A stretch of DNA of 59,924 nt, taken from positions 1-59,924 of the forward strand of contig CAJOQR010000033.1 in assembly GCA_905236965.1 (NCBI GenBank). The letters are read 5' to 3'. Numbering within the stretch: the first letter of the stretch is position 1; every line of letters begins with the position of its first letter. A program made the position numbers and the translations under genes. The notes beneath the pieces were generated by a model. It saw only the letters and a list, made by a program, of their open reading frames with translations, did not search any database and was not told the origin of the DNA. This DNA comes from an uncultured Acholeplasmatales bacterium (GTDB taxonomy: Bacteria > Bacillota_I > Bacilli_A > Acholeplasmatales > Anaeroplasmataceae). Below, piece by piece: positions 20,624 through 30,407 of the stretch.

Positions 20624-21247
20624 ATGGCATCAAAAAATAGAAGAAATAAAGTAAAATTTAAATTACAACCTGAATTAATAATTTTAATTGTGTGCTTAAT
20701 ATTGATGATTACTGCAACAATTATAATGGCTATTCCAACTAAAGCCGAAAAAACAACAACTAATTTAAATAATGCTATTTATACATATAATCAGGAAAAT
20801 TCAAGTAATACTATATCTTATTTACCAACAAAAAATGTATATGAAGAAACATCTCATTCATCTTTAATTAAGAAAATAAAAAATGAAGAATATGTTTATG
20901 TTATATATGGTCAATATGCATCTAATTCAAATATTGTAAGTAATTTATATTTAATGCAAACAATTTGTGAAGATGAAGAAATCAAAAAAATATATTTATA
21001 TGATTCAACTTGGATTGATGAATACGATGATACAGATAGTGAATCATTTAATATTGTAGCTAACGCTTTAGAAAAGGATTTTAATGAAGGTAAATCAGCT
21101 GATGTAGATGATTTTGATTTATTAGAATCACCTGCCTTATTAGTTTTTTATAATGGATCAATGATTTTCAATTCTCAATCTTATGATTATGATAACTGGT
21201 CTATGTACATTCAAAAAGCATTTTATTTGTCTAAGGTTAATAACTAA
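20624..21247 (+). CDS. membrane-anchored hypothetical protein, possible thioredoxin-like fold
   Basis: N-terminal basic patch plus one TM; SPALLVFYNG resembles the thioredoxin cis-Pro strand; SD AAAGGAAGG. Confidence 0.65.
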   Translation: MASKNRRNKVKFKLQPELIILIVCLILMITATIIMAIPTKAEKTTTNLNNAIYTYNQENSSNTISYLPTKNVYEETSHSSLIKKIKNEEYVYVIYGQYASNSNIVSNLYLMQTICEDEEIKKIYLYDSTWIDEYDDTDSESFNIVANALEKDFNEGKSADVDDFDLLESPALLVFYNGSMIFNSQSYDYDNWSMYIQKAFYLSKVNN

Positions 21248-21253
21248 TTTATT

Positions 21254-21280
21254 GAGGCTGAGATTCTTATCTCAGCTTTT
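21254..21280 (+). terminator. terminator-like hairpin before argS
   Basis: GAGGCTGAGAT-tctt-ATCTCAGCTTT(T). Confidence 0.55.
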
Positions 21281-21305
21281 GTAAATATATAGGAGGGTTT
21301 TTAAA

Positions 21306-23006
21306 ATGATTAATCAAATTAAATCATTAATAAAAAATAATTTAGAAAAATATTATAAAGAAAAATATAATGTTGAAATAACTATTGTTGTTGAAGAACC
21401 TAAAAATAGTAATATGGGAGATATTTCTATTCCTATGTTTAGCGTTGTAAAAACATTAAAAAAGCCAATGCCTTCTATTATTGAAGAAGCAAAAGAAGTT
21501 ATTTTAGGATTTGATTTACCTATTTTAGAAATTAATCCTATAAATGCTTTTATAAATATTTTTGTTGATAAATCTAAATTAGCATATCAAATCATTAAAA
21601 ATGTTATAAATGAAGAACAAAATTATGGTAATTCAGATATTGGTAAGGGTAAGAATGTAACATTAGATTATTCATCTCCTAATATTGCTAAAAGTTTTTC
21701 TATTGGTCATTTACGTTCTACAATGATTGGAAATTCTTTAAAATTAATTTTGAAAAAATGTGGTTATAACACATATTCAATTAATTATTTAGGTGATTGG
21801 GGAACACAATTTGGAAAGATGATTGTAGCATATAAAAAATGGGGGAATTATGATGAAATCATGAAAGATCCTATTAATAATTTAACCGCTTTATATGTTA
21901 AATTTAATGAAGAAGCTTTAAATGATCCTACTTTAGATGATGAAGCAAGAGAAGCATTTAGACAAATGGAATTAAAAAATCAAGAATATTTAGATTTGTG
22001 GAAGTGGATTAGAGATGAATCACTAAAAGAATCAAAACAAATATATGATTTATTAGAAATTGATTTTGATTCATATAACGGAGAAGCATTTTATAACGAT
22101 AAAATGGATGAAGTTATAAATGAATTAGAACAAAAAGGATTATTAAAAGAAGATGATGGAGCTAAAATTGTTGATTTAGGTGATGATATGCCACCAGCAT
22201 TAATTAAAAGAAGTGATGGCGGATCATTATATATTACGAGAGATTTAGCTGCTGTTTTTTATAGAAAAAAAGAATATAAATTTGATAAAATTTTATATGT
22301 TGTTGGAAATGAGCAAAAGCTTCATTTTGAACAATTAAAAAGACTTATAACTAAAATGGGATATGATTTTGCTGATGAAGTAAATCATGTTAATTTTGGC
22401 CTATATTTAACAAATGGTAAAAAAGCATCAACAAGAAAAGGAAATGTTACTAAGCTTATTGATGTTTTAAATACAGCAATTAAATTAGCATATGATCAAA
22501 TTGATGCTAAAAATCCTGATTTAGAAAACAAAGAAGAAATTGCAAAATACGTTGGTATAGCTGCAATAGTATTTGGAGATTTAAAAAATTATAGAGGACT
22601 AGATGTCGAATTTAATTTAGAGCAATCAGTTAAATTTGAAGGTCAAACTGGTCCATATTTACAATATACATCTGTTAGAATTGCATCTATTTTAAAGGAT
22701 AAAACATTTGATATATCTAATTGTGATACATCATTATTTGAAAAACCACATTATTTTGAGCTTGTTAAAGAAGTAGCCGCTTTTAAAACAACAATAGAAC
22801 GTGCATCTATTGAATTAGCTCCTTCTGTAATTTGTAAATATTTATTAAATTTAGCTCAAAGCTTTAATAAATTTTATTCAATTGAAAAAATAAATGTTGA
22901 GGATGAAAAGATTAGAAATACCAATTTTGCTTTAGCAAAATCAGTTAGAATAGTTTTAAATGAAGGATTAAGATTATTAGGTATTCATTATCTTGATGAG
23001 ATGTAA
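21306..23006 (+). CDS. argS: arginine--tRNA ligase
   Basis: DYSSPNIAK..IGHLRST, NYLGDWGTQFG, YITRDLA, STRKG, GQTGPYLQY. Confidence 0.97.
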   Translation: MINQIKSLIKNNLEKYYKEKYNVEITIVVEEPKNSNMGDISIPMFSVVKTLKKPMPSIIEEAKEVILGFDLPILEINPINAFINIFVDKSKLAYQIIKNVINEEQNYGNSDIGKGKNVTLDYSSPNIAKSFSIGHLRSTMIGNSLKLILKKCGYNTYSINYLGDWGTQFGKMIVAYKKWGNYDEIMKDPINNLTALYVKFNEEALNDPTLDDEAREAFRQMELKNQEYLDLWKWIRDESLKESKQIYDLLEIDFDSYNGEAFYNDKMDEVINELEQKGLLKEDDGAKIVDLGDDMPPALIKRSDGGSLYITRDLAAVFYRKKEYKFDKILYVVGNEQKLHFEQLKRLITKMGYDFADEVNHVNFGLYLTNGKKASTRKGNVTKLIDVLNTAIKLAYDQIDAKNPDLENKEEIAKYVGIAAIVFGDLKNYRGLDVEFNLEQSVKFEGQTGPYLQYTSVRIASILKDKTFDISNCDTSLFEKPHYFELVKEVAAFKTTIERASIELAPSVICKYLLNLAQSFNKFYSIEKINVEDEKIRNTNFALAKSVRIVLNEGLRLLGIHYLDEM

Positions 23007-24067
23007 TGAGCAAAAAAACAGTAATTAGAAATCTTATTTTCTTAGCTGCCTTACTTATTATTGTTTTAATTGTAATTTTACAATTAAACGATTTAGAAAG
23101 CATATGGTATACAATTAAGCAATGTAATTATTCATATATTTTATTAGGTGTGGTTTTTCTATTATGCTATTGTTTATTGTTTGGCTTTTCAATGACATTG
23201 CTTGTAAAAAGAAAATATAAATGGATGAATTTTACAGATTCAATGCTTATTTCAAACTCAGAATTTTTCTTTAATGGAATTACACCTTTTTCAACAGGTG
23301 GACAACCATTTCAGGTTTATTCTTTTAAAAGAAAAGGAATAAGAGTATCAGAATCAACATCAATATTGCTTTATAATTTCTTATGCTATCAAATATCTTT
23401 GAATTTGATTTTAATATTATCTATATCAATTTATTTTAGACAATTATTAGATGAGATTCCTAATTTGTTATGGTTGATTGTATTAGGATTTTTAATTAAT
23501 TTTTTAACAATGCTTATTATCTTTATTTTAGGAAGAAGCAAAAAAGCTGCTAAAATAATGATGAATTTTTTAAAATTTTTGTGCAAATTTAGATTATTTA
23601 AAAAAATATTAGGTAAAAAAATAAAAAAAATTGGTAAATCAATTGAAAATATGCAAAATGTTTTTAAAGAAGCATCAAAGCATAGAAAAACTACAATTTG
23701 TGTTATCTTTTTAAAAGTAATAGCATTTTGTTTTTATTATTCAATTCCATTTATAATATATAAATCATTAGGAGTTGCATTAGGTGCAAAAGATTTCTTT
23801 TTTATGTTAGCTATGAGTGCTTTTGCTTGTGCAATTGCTGTGTGGGTTCCAACACCAGGTGCTGTTGGTGGAATAGAAATTGCTTTTAATGTTTTATTTA
23901 GTCAAATTAATGTTATTAAGGCATCAGGGAATGCTGAGGTTTATGCAGCATCTGCCATGATTTTATGGAGATTTATTACATATTATTTGATTATGCTAGT
24001 TGGTTTTATTTCATATTACTTATTTGAAAGTAGGCTAAAAAATTATGAGAGTAGGTATCTTTACTGA
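23006..24067 (+). CDS. LPG_synthase_TM / UPF0104 flippase-like membrane protein
   Basis: FFNGITPFSTGGQP, PTPGAVGGIE, LWRFITYY; multiple TMs. Confidence 0.88.
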   Translation: MSKKTVIRNLIFLAALLIIVLIVILQLNDLESIWYTIKQCNYSYILLGVVFLLCYCLLFGFSMTLLVKRKYKWMNFTDSMLISNSEFFFNGITPFSTGGQPFQVYSFKRKGIRVSESTSILLYNFLCYQISLNLILILSISIYFRQLLDEIPNLLWLIVLGFLINFLTMLIIFILGRSKKAAKIMMNFLKFLCKFRLFKKILGKKIKKIGKSIENMQNVFKEASKHRKTTICVIFLKVIAFCFYYSIPFIIYKSLGVALGAKDFFFMLAMSAFACAIAVWVPTPGAVGGIEIAFNVLFSQINVIKASGNAEVYAASAMILWRFITYYLIMLVGFISYYLFESRLKNYESRYLY

Positions 24068-25223
24068 TCAATATTATCCATTAATTAGTGGAGTTGTTAC
24101 ATCAATTAAAATGCTTAAAGAAGGCCTTGAAAGCCTTGGTAATCAGGTATTTATATTTACAAGCTTTGATGATAAAAATATAAAAGATGTTCCAAATGAT
24201 GTTATAAATATTCCAGGAAGAAGTTATCCTTTTAAAAATTTAAAGGATTATAGATATACATTTACACATAAAAAATTTGTAAAAATTATAAAAAAATATA
24301 ATTTAGATATTATACATCTTCAAACAGAATTTAATATTGCAAAAATTGCTAAATTAGCTCATAAAAAATTAAATATACCAGTTGTTCATACACTACATAC
24401 TTTGTGGAGCGATTATTTTAAATATGTATCTCCATTTTTAGATAAGCATTTTCATAAAAGTATGGAAAGATGGTTAAGAATTCTTTTTATGAAATCATGT
24501 GCGAAGATGAGTGAAATTCAAATTGTTCCAACAAAAAAAGTATATGATCAAAAAGAAAAATATGCTTTAGGAAATGAAATAAGAATTATTCCAACTGGAA
24601 TTGAATTAAATAGATTTTATTTAAAAAATTTAGATAAAGAAAAAATAAATAAATTAAAAAATGAATTAAATATTTTTGATAAATTTACATTTTTATATAT
24701 TGGTAGAACATCTGAGGAAAAAAATATTCCTATTTTATTAAATGCATATGCAAAAGCGAATATAAAAAATAGTGTTTTTTTAATTGTTGGTGGTGGACCT
24801 GAATTAGAAGAATTAAAAAAATTATCAATAGAATTAAAAATTGATAAAAAAGTAATATTTACAGATTTAATTGCTTGGGATGATATTCCTTATTATTATC
24901 AATTAGGTGATGTATTTATAAATGCAAGTCAATCTGAAACACAAGGATTAACATATGTTGAAGCTTTAGCATCTGGCATTCCCCTTTTAGTTCAAAAAGA
25001 TGAATGCATAGAAGATTTAGTTGTTGATTATTATAATGGAATTTATTTTGATGGTGAAGATGAGCTTGTTAAAAAAATGAAAGAAATCGTAAAGGCATCA
25101 GATACATTAAAAACTATTAAATCAAACACATTAAAATCTGTTGAAAATTATTCTAAAGAACAATTTGCTAAAAATATTTTATCGATTTATAATGAAGCAA
25201 TAGAAATGTATAATAATAAATAA
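24045..25223 (+). CDS. GT4 glycosyltransferase, probable 1,2-diacylglycerol 3-glucosyltransferase (MGlcDAG synthase)
   Basis: MRVGIFTD.YYP.ISGV.TS, VHTLHT, IPTGI, GR...EKN, SETQGLTYVEALASG; resembles Acholeplasma MGS. Confidence 0.85.
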   Translation: MRVGIFTDQYYPLISGVVTSIKMLKEGLESLGNQVFIFTSFDDKNIKDVPNDVINIPGRSYPFKNLKDYRYTFTHKKFVKIIKKYNLDIIHLQTEFNIAKIAKLAHKKLNIPVVHTLHTLWSDYFKYVSPFLDKHFHKSMERWLRILFMKSCAKMSEIQIVPTKKVYDQKEKYALGNEIRIIPTGIELNRFYLKNLDKEKINKLKNELNIFDKFTFLYIGRTSEEKNIPILLNAYAKANIKNSVFLIVGGGPELEELKKLSIELKIDKKVIFTDLIAWDDIPYYYQLGDVFINASQSETQGLTYVEALASGIPLLVQKDECIEDLVVDYYNGIYFDGEDELVKKMKEIVKASDTLKTIKSNTLKSVENYSKEQFAKNILSIYNEAIEMYNNK

Positions 25224-25277
25224 ATATAGATAAAATTATATTTTATATTAATAAAAATATAAGAATAGAGGATATGA

Positions 25278-27053
25278 ATGGATTATTATAATAATTTTTA
25301 TAAAAAAAATAAATTATATATATTTTTCTCTTTTTCAATAACAATAATATTTTTTTCATATTATTTAATGTTTTACATAAAAAACAATGTTGAATTGCCA
25401 TATTTATCATGGATTGATCAATTTAAAGCAATTGGTTATAAAATGTTTGATTCTAATCTTAAATTTAAGGATTTTTTTACACATTATGGTGAACATGGTT
25501 TGCTTGGCAATAATATTTTATTTTATTTCAATATAAAATGGTTTGGTATGACAACTTTATACGATACCTTTATTAATGCATTTTTTATTTTAGTTGTTGC
25601 TATAATAATTGATATTTTTATTGTAAATAAAATGAATGATAATATATTTAAATTTATTTTGACTATATTATTAATTAATTTTATTTTATTTGAGAGGCTT
25701 CAATTGTCTTCTGGCGCTATGGAAACGCAAGTTAGAATAGGATTAAATTTAGGTATTTTTTATTTATTTTATATTGACCATTTTATTAAAAAAGATGTTT
25801 TAAATAAAAAAGATTATATAGTTTTAATTTTATTAGGATTTTTAACAATTAATGTATTTGGTACTATGTATTCTTTTGCCATTGTTCCAGTAATAATTTG
25901 TTTTTTCTTATATGATTTAATTATTAATAAAAAGCTTAATAAAAAAATATTATTAATTATAGGATTATTATTTATTTTTTCAATTTTTTATTTTTTAGAA
26001 TATGATTTAATTTCATTTATGAAAAATTCTCACTCTTCAGATGCTGCTAGTAGTGGAATAATAGGGAATGCATTTTATTTATTAAAAAATTTTGGTAATA
26101 CTTTTAAAGGATATTTAGCTTATTCTGGAATTCCATTAGTTGGATATTCTGCAATATCAGATAATAAAATAAGTGATACTACCTTACTTATGGTAGGGGC
26201 GATTGTATTTATTTTAATGGTTTTTTCAATTTTTGTTTTTTTCTTTAAGAAAAATTATATTATTTCTAATTTTCCAATTTTTATAATTTTATATTCAATT
26301 TTCACTATATTCATTGTAATGATTGGTAGACCTTTTGATTGGCCTTGGTATTATTCTGAATGGTATATTGTTCATTCAAGGTTTCAGCTAATAGGAATTT
26401 TTTTAATAATTTCTATGAACTCATCTATAAAACAATTATTTTCAAAAATTACATTTATTATTTTTGGAATAAGTAATATTTCAATTATTATATTTTTAAT
26501 TTTTACAGAAAATATGTATGTTGATAGATATTATTATGTTGTTCAATATTATAAGGAAAAACAAGAATATTTATTAATATCTAATACTGATTATATTCCT
26601 TTAAATGATGAAGGCAATACACCTATTCTTACTGATTTAGATACAACAATTGAATATGTTGATTATTTAAAAAAATATAATCTTTCTATATATAGATATT
26701 CTAATATTACAAATAATTATTATGATACTAGCTTAAAAGCTGGATATTATGAAAAAGAAGAACAAACTGATTTATCTTTTTGGTTAAAAAAATATTCTAT
26801 TTCATATTTTAATTCTAATGATGAATCAATTAGTTTTGGCTTATATACGCCAAAAGTATATGAAAATAATTATGTTACAATAAAAATAAATAATGAAATT
26901 GTTTATCATGAATATTTAATTGAATACCAACATTTAACTTTCAATTTAAAAGCTAATGAATTAAATTGTATTGAAATAGCAGTTGATAAAATTATTGATT
27001 CAGGCCTTGATACAAGAGAATTAGGCGTAATGATTATTCCTGATAAAAAATAA
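25278..27053 (+). CDS. polytopic membrane protein, possible GT-C-fold glycosyltransferase
   Basis: About 11 TMs, early loop with W.D and GEH, C-terminal soluble beta-rich domain ending DTRELG. Confidence 0.6.
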   Translation: MDYYNNFYKKNKLYIFFSFSITIIFFSYYLMFYIKNNVELPYLSWIDQFKAIGYKMFDSNLKFKDFFTHYGEHGLLGNNILFYFNIKWFGMTTLYDTFINAFFILVVAIIIDIFIVNKMNDNIFKFILTILLINFILFERLQLSSGAMETQVRIGLNLGIFYLFYIDHFIKKDVLNKKDYIVLILLGFLTINVFGTMYSFAIVPVIICFFLYDLIINKKLNKKILLIIGLLFIFSIFYFLEYDLISFMKNSHSSDAASSGIIGNAFYLLKNFGNTFKGYLAYSGIPLVGYSAISDNKISDTTLLMVGAIVFILMVFSIFVFFFKKNYIISNFPIFIILYSIFTIFIVMIGRPFDWPWYYSEWYIVHSRFQLIGIFLIISMNSSIKQLFSKITFIIFGISNISIIIFLIFTENMYVDRYYYVVQYYKEKQEYLLISNTDYIPLNDEGNTPILTDLDTTIEYVDYLKKYNLSIYRYSNITNNYYDTSLKAGYYEKEEQTDLSFWLKKYSISYFNSNDESISFGLYTPKVYENNYVTIKINNEIVYHEYLIEYQHLTFNLKANELNCIEIAVDKIIDSGLDTRELGVMIIPDKK

Positions 27054-27068
27054 AAAAATATATAAAAT

Positions 27069-27130
27069 AAAAAGGCTTTAAACCTAGGATTTAAATTAAT
27101 TTTAAAAGCTTAGGTTTAAAGTCTTTTTTT
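27069..27130. terminator. long bidirectional terminator between the 25278 gene and tRNA-Leu
   Basis: AAAAAGGCTTTAAACCTAGG...CTTAGGTTTAAAGTCTTTTT. Confidence 0.8.
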
Positions 27131-27136
27131 AAAAAC

Positions 27137-27221
27137 TGGTGCCCGATGTCGGAGTCGAACCGACATGAATTTCTTCGTAGCATTTTGAGTGCTATGCGTA
27201 TACCAATTTCGCCAATCGGGC
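27137..27221 (-). tRNA. tRNA-Leu(CAA)
   Basis: Minus strand GCCCGAT...TAGCA-CT-CAA-AA-TGCTA...long variable arm...GTCGGTTCGACTCCGAC-ATCGGGC-ACCA; CCA encoded. Confidence 0.97.
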
Positions 27222-27231
27222 AAGCAATATT

Positions 27232-27259
27232 ATTATATCAAAAAAGTATTTTTTTTCAA
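27232..27259 (-). promoter_or_regulatory. sigma70-type promoter of tRNA-Leu
   Basis: TTGAAA-16 bp-TATAAT with extended TG. Confidence 0.7.
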
Positions 27260-27399
27260 CTCTATTTAATTATTTATTTATATGTTGAATCTAATTTAAA
27301 TCCTTTAAATATTAATAAAAGAAATTAATATGAATATATAAAATTTTAATTTTTTTTAAAAATATTATATAATAAAAAAAACGATTAAAGGAGAATATT

Positions 27400-27981
27400 A
27401 TGTATAAAAAAGATAAATATGGTATTAAAAAAAGTCATGCGATTTTATTATTTATTCAAATGATATTTTTTATTATTGGTTTTTTAGCACAAATTGGAAT
27501 ATTAATTTTTGTGATTAAAAATAATTTAGAGCCAATAATGATAATAAGCTCTATATCAATTATATTATCATTTATTGCAATATTTATATATGCAATATAT
27601 GGCTTTAATAAAAAAGATATATATTATATAATTGCTATTGCATTTTTTTTATTAGCGATTTTAATTAATAATATATTACCTTTTAGAGATATTTTCCAAA
27701 AAATAACTTTAACATTATTATTTGGAATTTATTCGTCATATATTTTTGCATTAAAAAATTATAAATTATCTAATTATATAATTTTATTTGCAACAATAAT
27801 ATCATTAACATTTTCAATATATTCATCAATCACATCTAATATTAATAGCTTAGGGACTGTTGAAAATGGCTTTTTAACATTTTTAATGATGCATATATCA
27901 ATTTTTACTCCTGTTATTATAACTATTTTATTTGGGGCAACTTGCTTAGTTAGAAATGAAAAAAGAAAAAATATAGAATAA
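27400..27981 (+). CDS. hypothetical membrane protein (about six TMs)
   Basis: Hydrophobic 193-aa ORF with AAAGGAG SD. Confidence 0.75.
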   Translation: MYKKDKYGIKKSHAILLFIQMIFFIIGFLAQIGILIFVIKNNLEPIMIISSISIILSFIAIFIYAIYGFNKKDIYYIIAIAFFLLAILINNILPFRDIFQKITLTLLFGIYSSYIFALKNYKLSNYIILFATIISLTFSIYSSITSNINSLGTVENGFLTFLMMHISIFTPVIITILFGATCLVRNEKRKNIE

Positions 27982-27993
27982 AAAAAGGTTTTT

Positions 27994-30375
27994 ATGAGAT
28001 ATTTAAATTATGCTTTAAGTAATAATAACGTTACTTATTTAGAAGAAGAAAATAAAAAATTAAGCTTAGAATGCGCAAAAGAATCAATTATATTATTAAG
28101 AAATGAAAATAATATTTTACCATTAAAAGAAAAAGAAATAGATCTATTTGGAAATGGTGCTAATCATACCATAAAAGGTGGTTTAGGCTCTGGTGAGGTA
28201 AATGAATATGATGTTAATTCTATTTATGATTCACTTATAGAAAATGGATATATTATTAAAAGTGAAAATTGGTTAAATAAATATGAAATTTTATATCAAA
28301 AAGAAATAAAAAAATATAAAAAAAGTATTCAAAAATCTATATATCATTTAGATTTTATTAATTTTATGGGACAAAGATTAGATTTTATTCCAGGAGATTT
28401 ATTAACTGATTCTGATATAAATTCTAAAACTTGTATATATGTTATATCTAGATTTTCAGGTGAAGGAAAAGATTTAACTAAAAATGAATACATGATTTCT
28501 GATATTGAATATAATAATTTATTATTTTGTTCAAAAAAATATAAAAATATTATTTTAATATTAAATATAGGTGGCTTTTTTGATTTAAGCTTTACAGATG
28601 AAATAGAAAATATAAATGGTATTATTTATATGGGAAATTTAGGAAAAATGGGTGCTCAAGCATTAGTTAGTATTTTAAAGGATACATCCCCTTCTGGAAG
28701 ATTACCTATAACATCTCCTAATAAATATGATGATATTCCTTTTTCAAATGAATTTAGTTATAATTCTAATTCACTTGATTCAAATTATAATGAAGGAATA
28801 TATGTTGGATATAGATATTATGATACATTTAAAAAAGATATTAGATATCCTTTTGGTTATGGATTATCTTATTCTAAATTTGAAATTAATAATTTTAAAT
28901 ATGAAAATACAAATTCAATTATAAAAATTTATTTTGATATAAAAAATATAGGAAATTATAAAGCTAAAGAAACTATTTTGTTTTTCTTAGAAGCTCCTAA
29001 AAAAATAGGAGAAGAAAAAAGCTTAATAGCTTATTATAAAACTTTAGAATTAAATATAAATGAAATTGAAAAATGTTATATTGAATTTGATATATTTGAT
29101 TTTTCATATACATTAGATGATAAAAGATTATTAAATGAAGGAATTTATATAATAAGATATGGTGAAAATGTATCAAATACAATTCCTATTTATAAATTTA
29201 AGATAGAAGAAGATTTTATTTTATATAAAATCGATAAAATATCTTCATTTGAATCAAAAATAAAAAAAGAAATAAAACCAGCTGATTTAAATATAGAAGA
29301 AATTAAGCTTAATCTTTTTTATAAAAAGAAAAATTATTCATTAAATAATAATTTTGACAATATTAAAAATTTAACTTTAAAAGAAAAAATTAATTTATGT
29401 GTTGGATCAGGATTATTACCTAAACCAAATTATATATCTGTTGCTGGAATAGCTGGATATACAACAAATAAAATAGAAAATATTCCAGCTTTAGCAATGG
29501 CTGATGGTCCAGCAGGAATTAGATTATCAACAAAAGTTAAAATCAAAAATAATGGTAAATTAAAACAAATAACTCCTTCAATGGATATATATAATTACCT
29601 ACCAAGCATTTTTAAGTTTTTTAAATATTCAAAAAATAAAAAAAATGTTGGATATTTAAAAACTACATCATTTCCAACAGGAATATCTTTAGCAGCAACT
29701 TTCAATAAGGATTTAATAAAAAAAGTAGGAATAGGTATATCAAAAGAATTATCTAGCATTGGAATTAGTTATTATTTAGCTCCTGCAGCAAATATAATTA
29801 AAAATCCAATAGGTGGAAGAAGCTTTGAATATTTTTCTGAAGATCCTTTTCTATCTGGAATGACTTCTGCATCATTTATTAATGGAATAGAACAAAAAGA
29901 AGGCCAATATGCTGTTATGAAGCATTTTGCATGTAATAATTTAGAATTTATGAGAAATAATATATCTGCAAATGTTTCAAATGAAGCTTTAAAAGATATT
30001 TATTTAAAGTCTTTTGAAATTGCGATAAAATATTCAAGTTTATCCCATATTATGTCTAGTTATAATAAAATAAATCAAAAATATGTAGCAAATGATTCAT
30101 ACCTATTAAATGATATTTTAAGAAAAGAATATGGATTTAATGGTGTAGTTATGACTGATTGGCTTTCAACAGGGAAAAAATATGCTAGTAATTATTTAGC
30201 TATTAAATCAGGAAATGATTTAATAATGCCAGGTTCTAAAAAAGCATATAATGATATTTATAAAGCATATAAGAAGAAATTAATAACAATAGAAGAATTA
30301 AATAGAGCATCATCTAATATATTAAAATCAATTTGTAAAACTTCAATTTTTAAAAAATATAAAATAAAAAAATAA
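27994..30375 (+). CDS. GH3 beta-glucosidase with permuted domain order
   Basis: GH3 C-domain motifs first (LLRNENNILPL, EGIYVGYRYYD, PFGYGLSY), barrel motifs last (DGPAGIR, GRSFEYFSEDP, KHFACN, VMTDW). Confidence 0.92.
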   Translation: MRYLNYALSNNNVTYLEEENKKLSLECAKESIILLRNENNILPLKEKEIDLFGNGANHTIKGGLGSGEVNEYDVNSIYDSLIENGYIIKSENWLNKYEILYQKEIKKYKKSIQKSIYHLDFINFMGQRLDFIPGDLLTDSDINSKTCIYVISRFSGEGKDLTKNEYMISDIEYNNLLFCSKKYKNIILILNIGGFFDLSFTDEIENINGIIYMGNLGKMGAQALVSILKDTSPSGRLPITSPNKYDDIPFSNEFSYNSNSLDSNYNEGIYVGYRYYDTFKKDIRYPFGYGLSYSKFEINNFKYENTNSIIKIYFDIKNIGNYKAKETILFFLEAPKKIGEEKSLIAYYKTLELNINEIEKCYIEFDIFDFSYTLDDKRLLNEGIYIIRYGENVSNTIPIYKFKIEEDFILYKIDKISSFESKIKKEIKPADLNIEEIKLNLFYKKKNYSLNNNFDNIKNLTLKEKINLCVGSGLLPKPNYISVAGIAGYTTNKIENIPALAMADGPAGIRLSTKVKIKNNGKLKQITPSMDIYNYLPSIFKFFKYSKNKKNVGYLKTTSFPTGISLAATFNKDLIKKVGIGISKELSSIGISYYLAPAANIIKNPIGGRSFEYFSEDPFLSGMTSASFINGIEQKEGQYAVMKHFACNNLEFMRNNISANVSNEALKDIYLKSFEIAIKYSSLSHIMSSYNKINQKYVANDSYLLNDILRKEYGFNGVVMTDWLSTGKKYASNYLAIKSGNDLIMPGSKKAYNDIYKAYKKKLITIEELNRASSNILKSICKTSIFKKYKIKK

Positions 30376-30405
30376 ACCAAATTTCGAAATTTGGTTTATT
30401 TTTTT
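30366..30405. terminator. bidirectional terminator (perfect 40-bp palindrome)
   Basis: AAAAAAATAAACCAAATTTC|GAAATTTGGTTTATTTTTTT between convergent genes. Confidence 0.85.
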
Positions 30406-30407
30406 TA

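Noticed and set aside
21248-21305. T-box leader for argS
   Set aside because: Intergenic gap too short and no T-box consensus
25224-27221. Integrative element at the tRNA-Leu 3' end
   Set aside because: No integrase and no duplicated tRNA 3' (att) sequence seen in the window
27146-27328. 60-aa ORF in the ORF track
   Set aside because: Antisense to tRNA-Leu and its promoter; no SD
30366-30405. Perfect 40-bp palindrome as MITE or recombination site
   Set aside because: Single copy lying between convergent stop codons; a bidirectional terminator explains it
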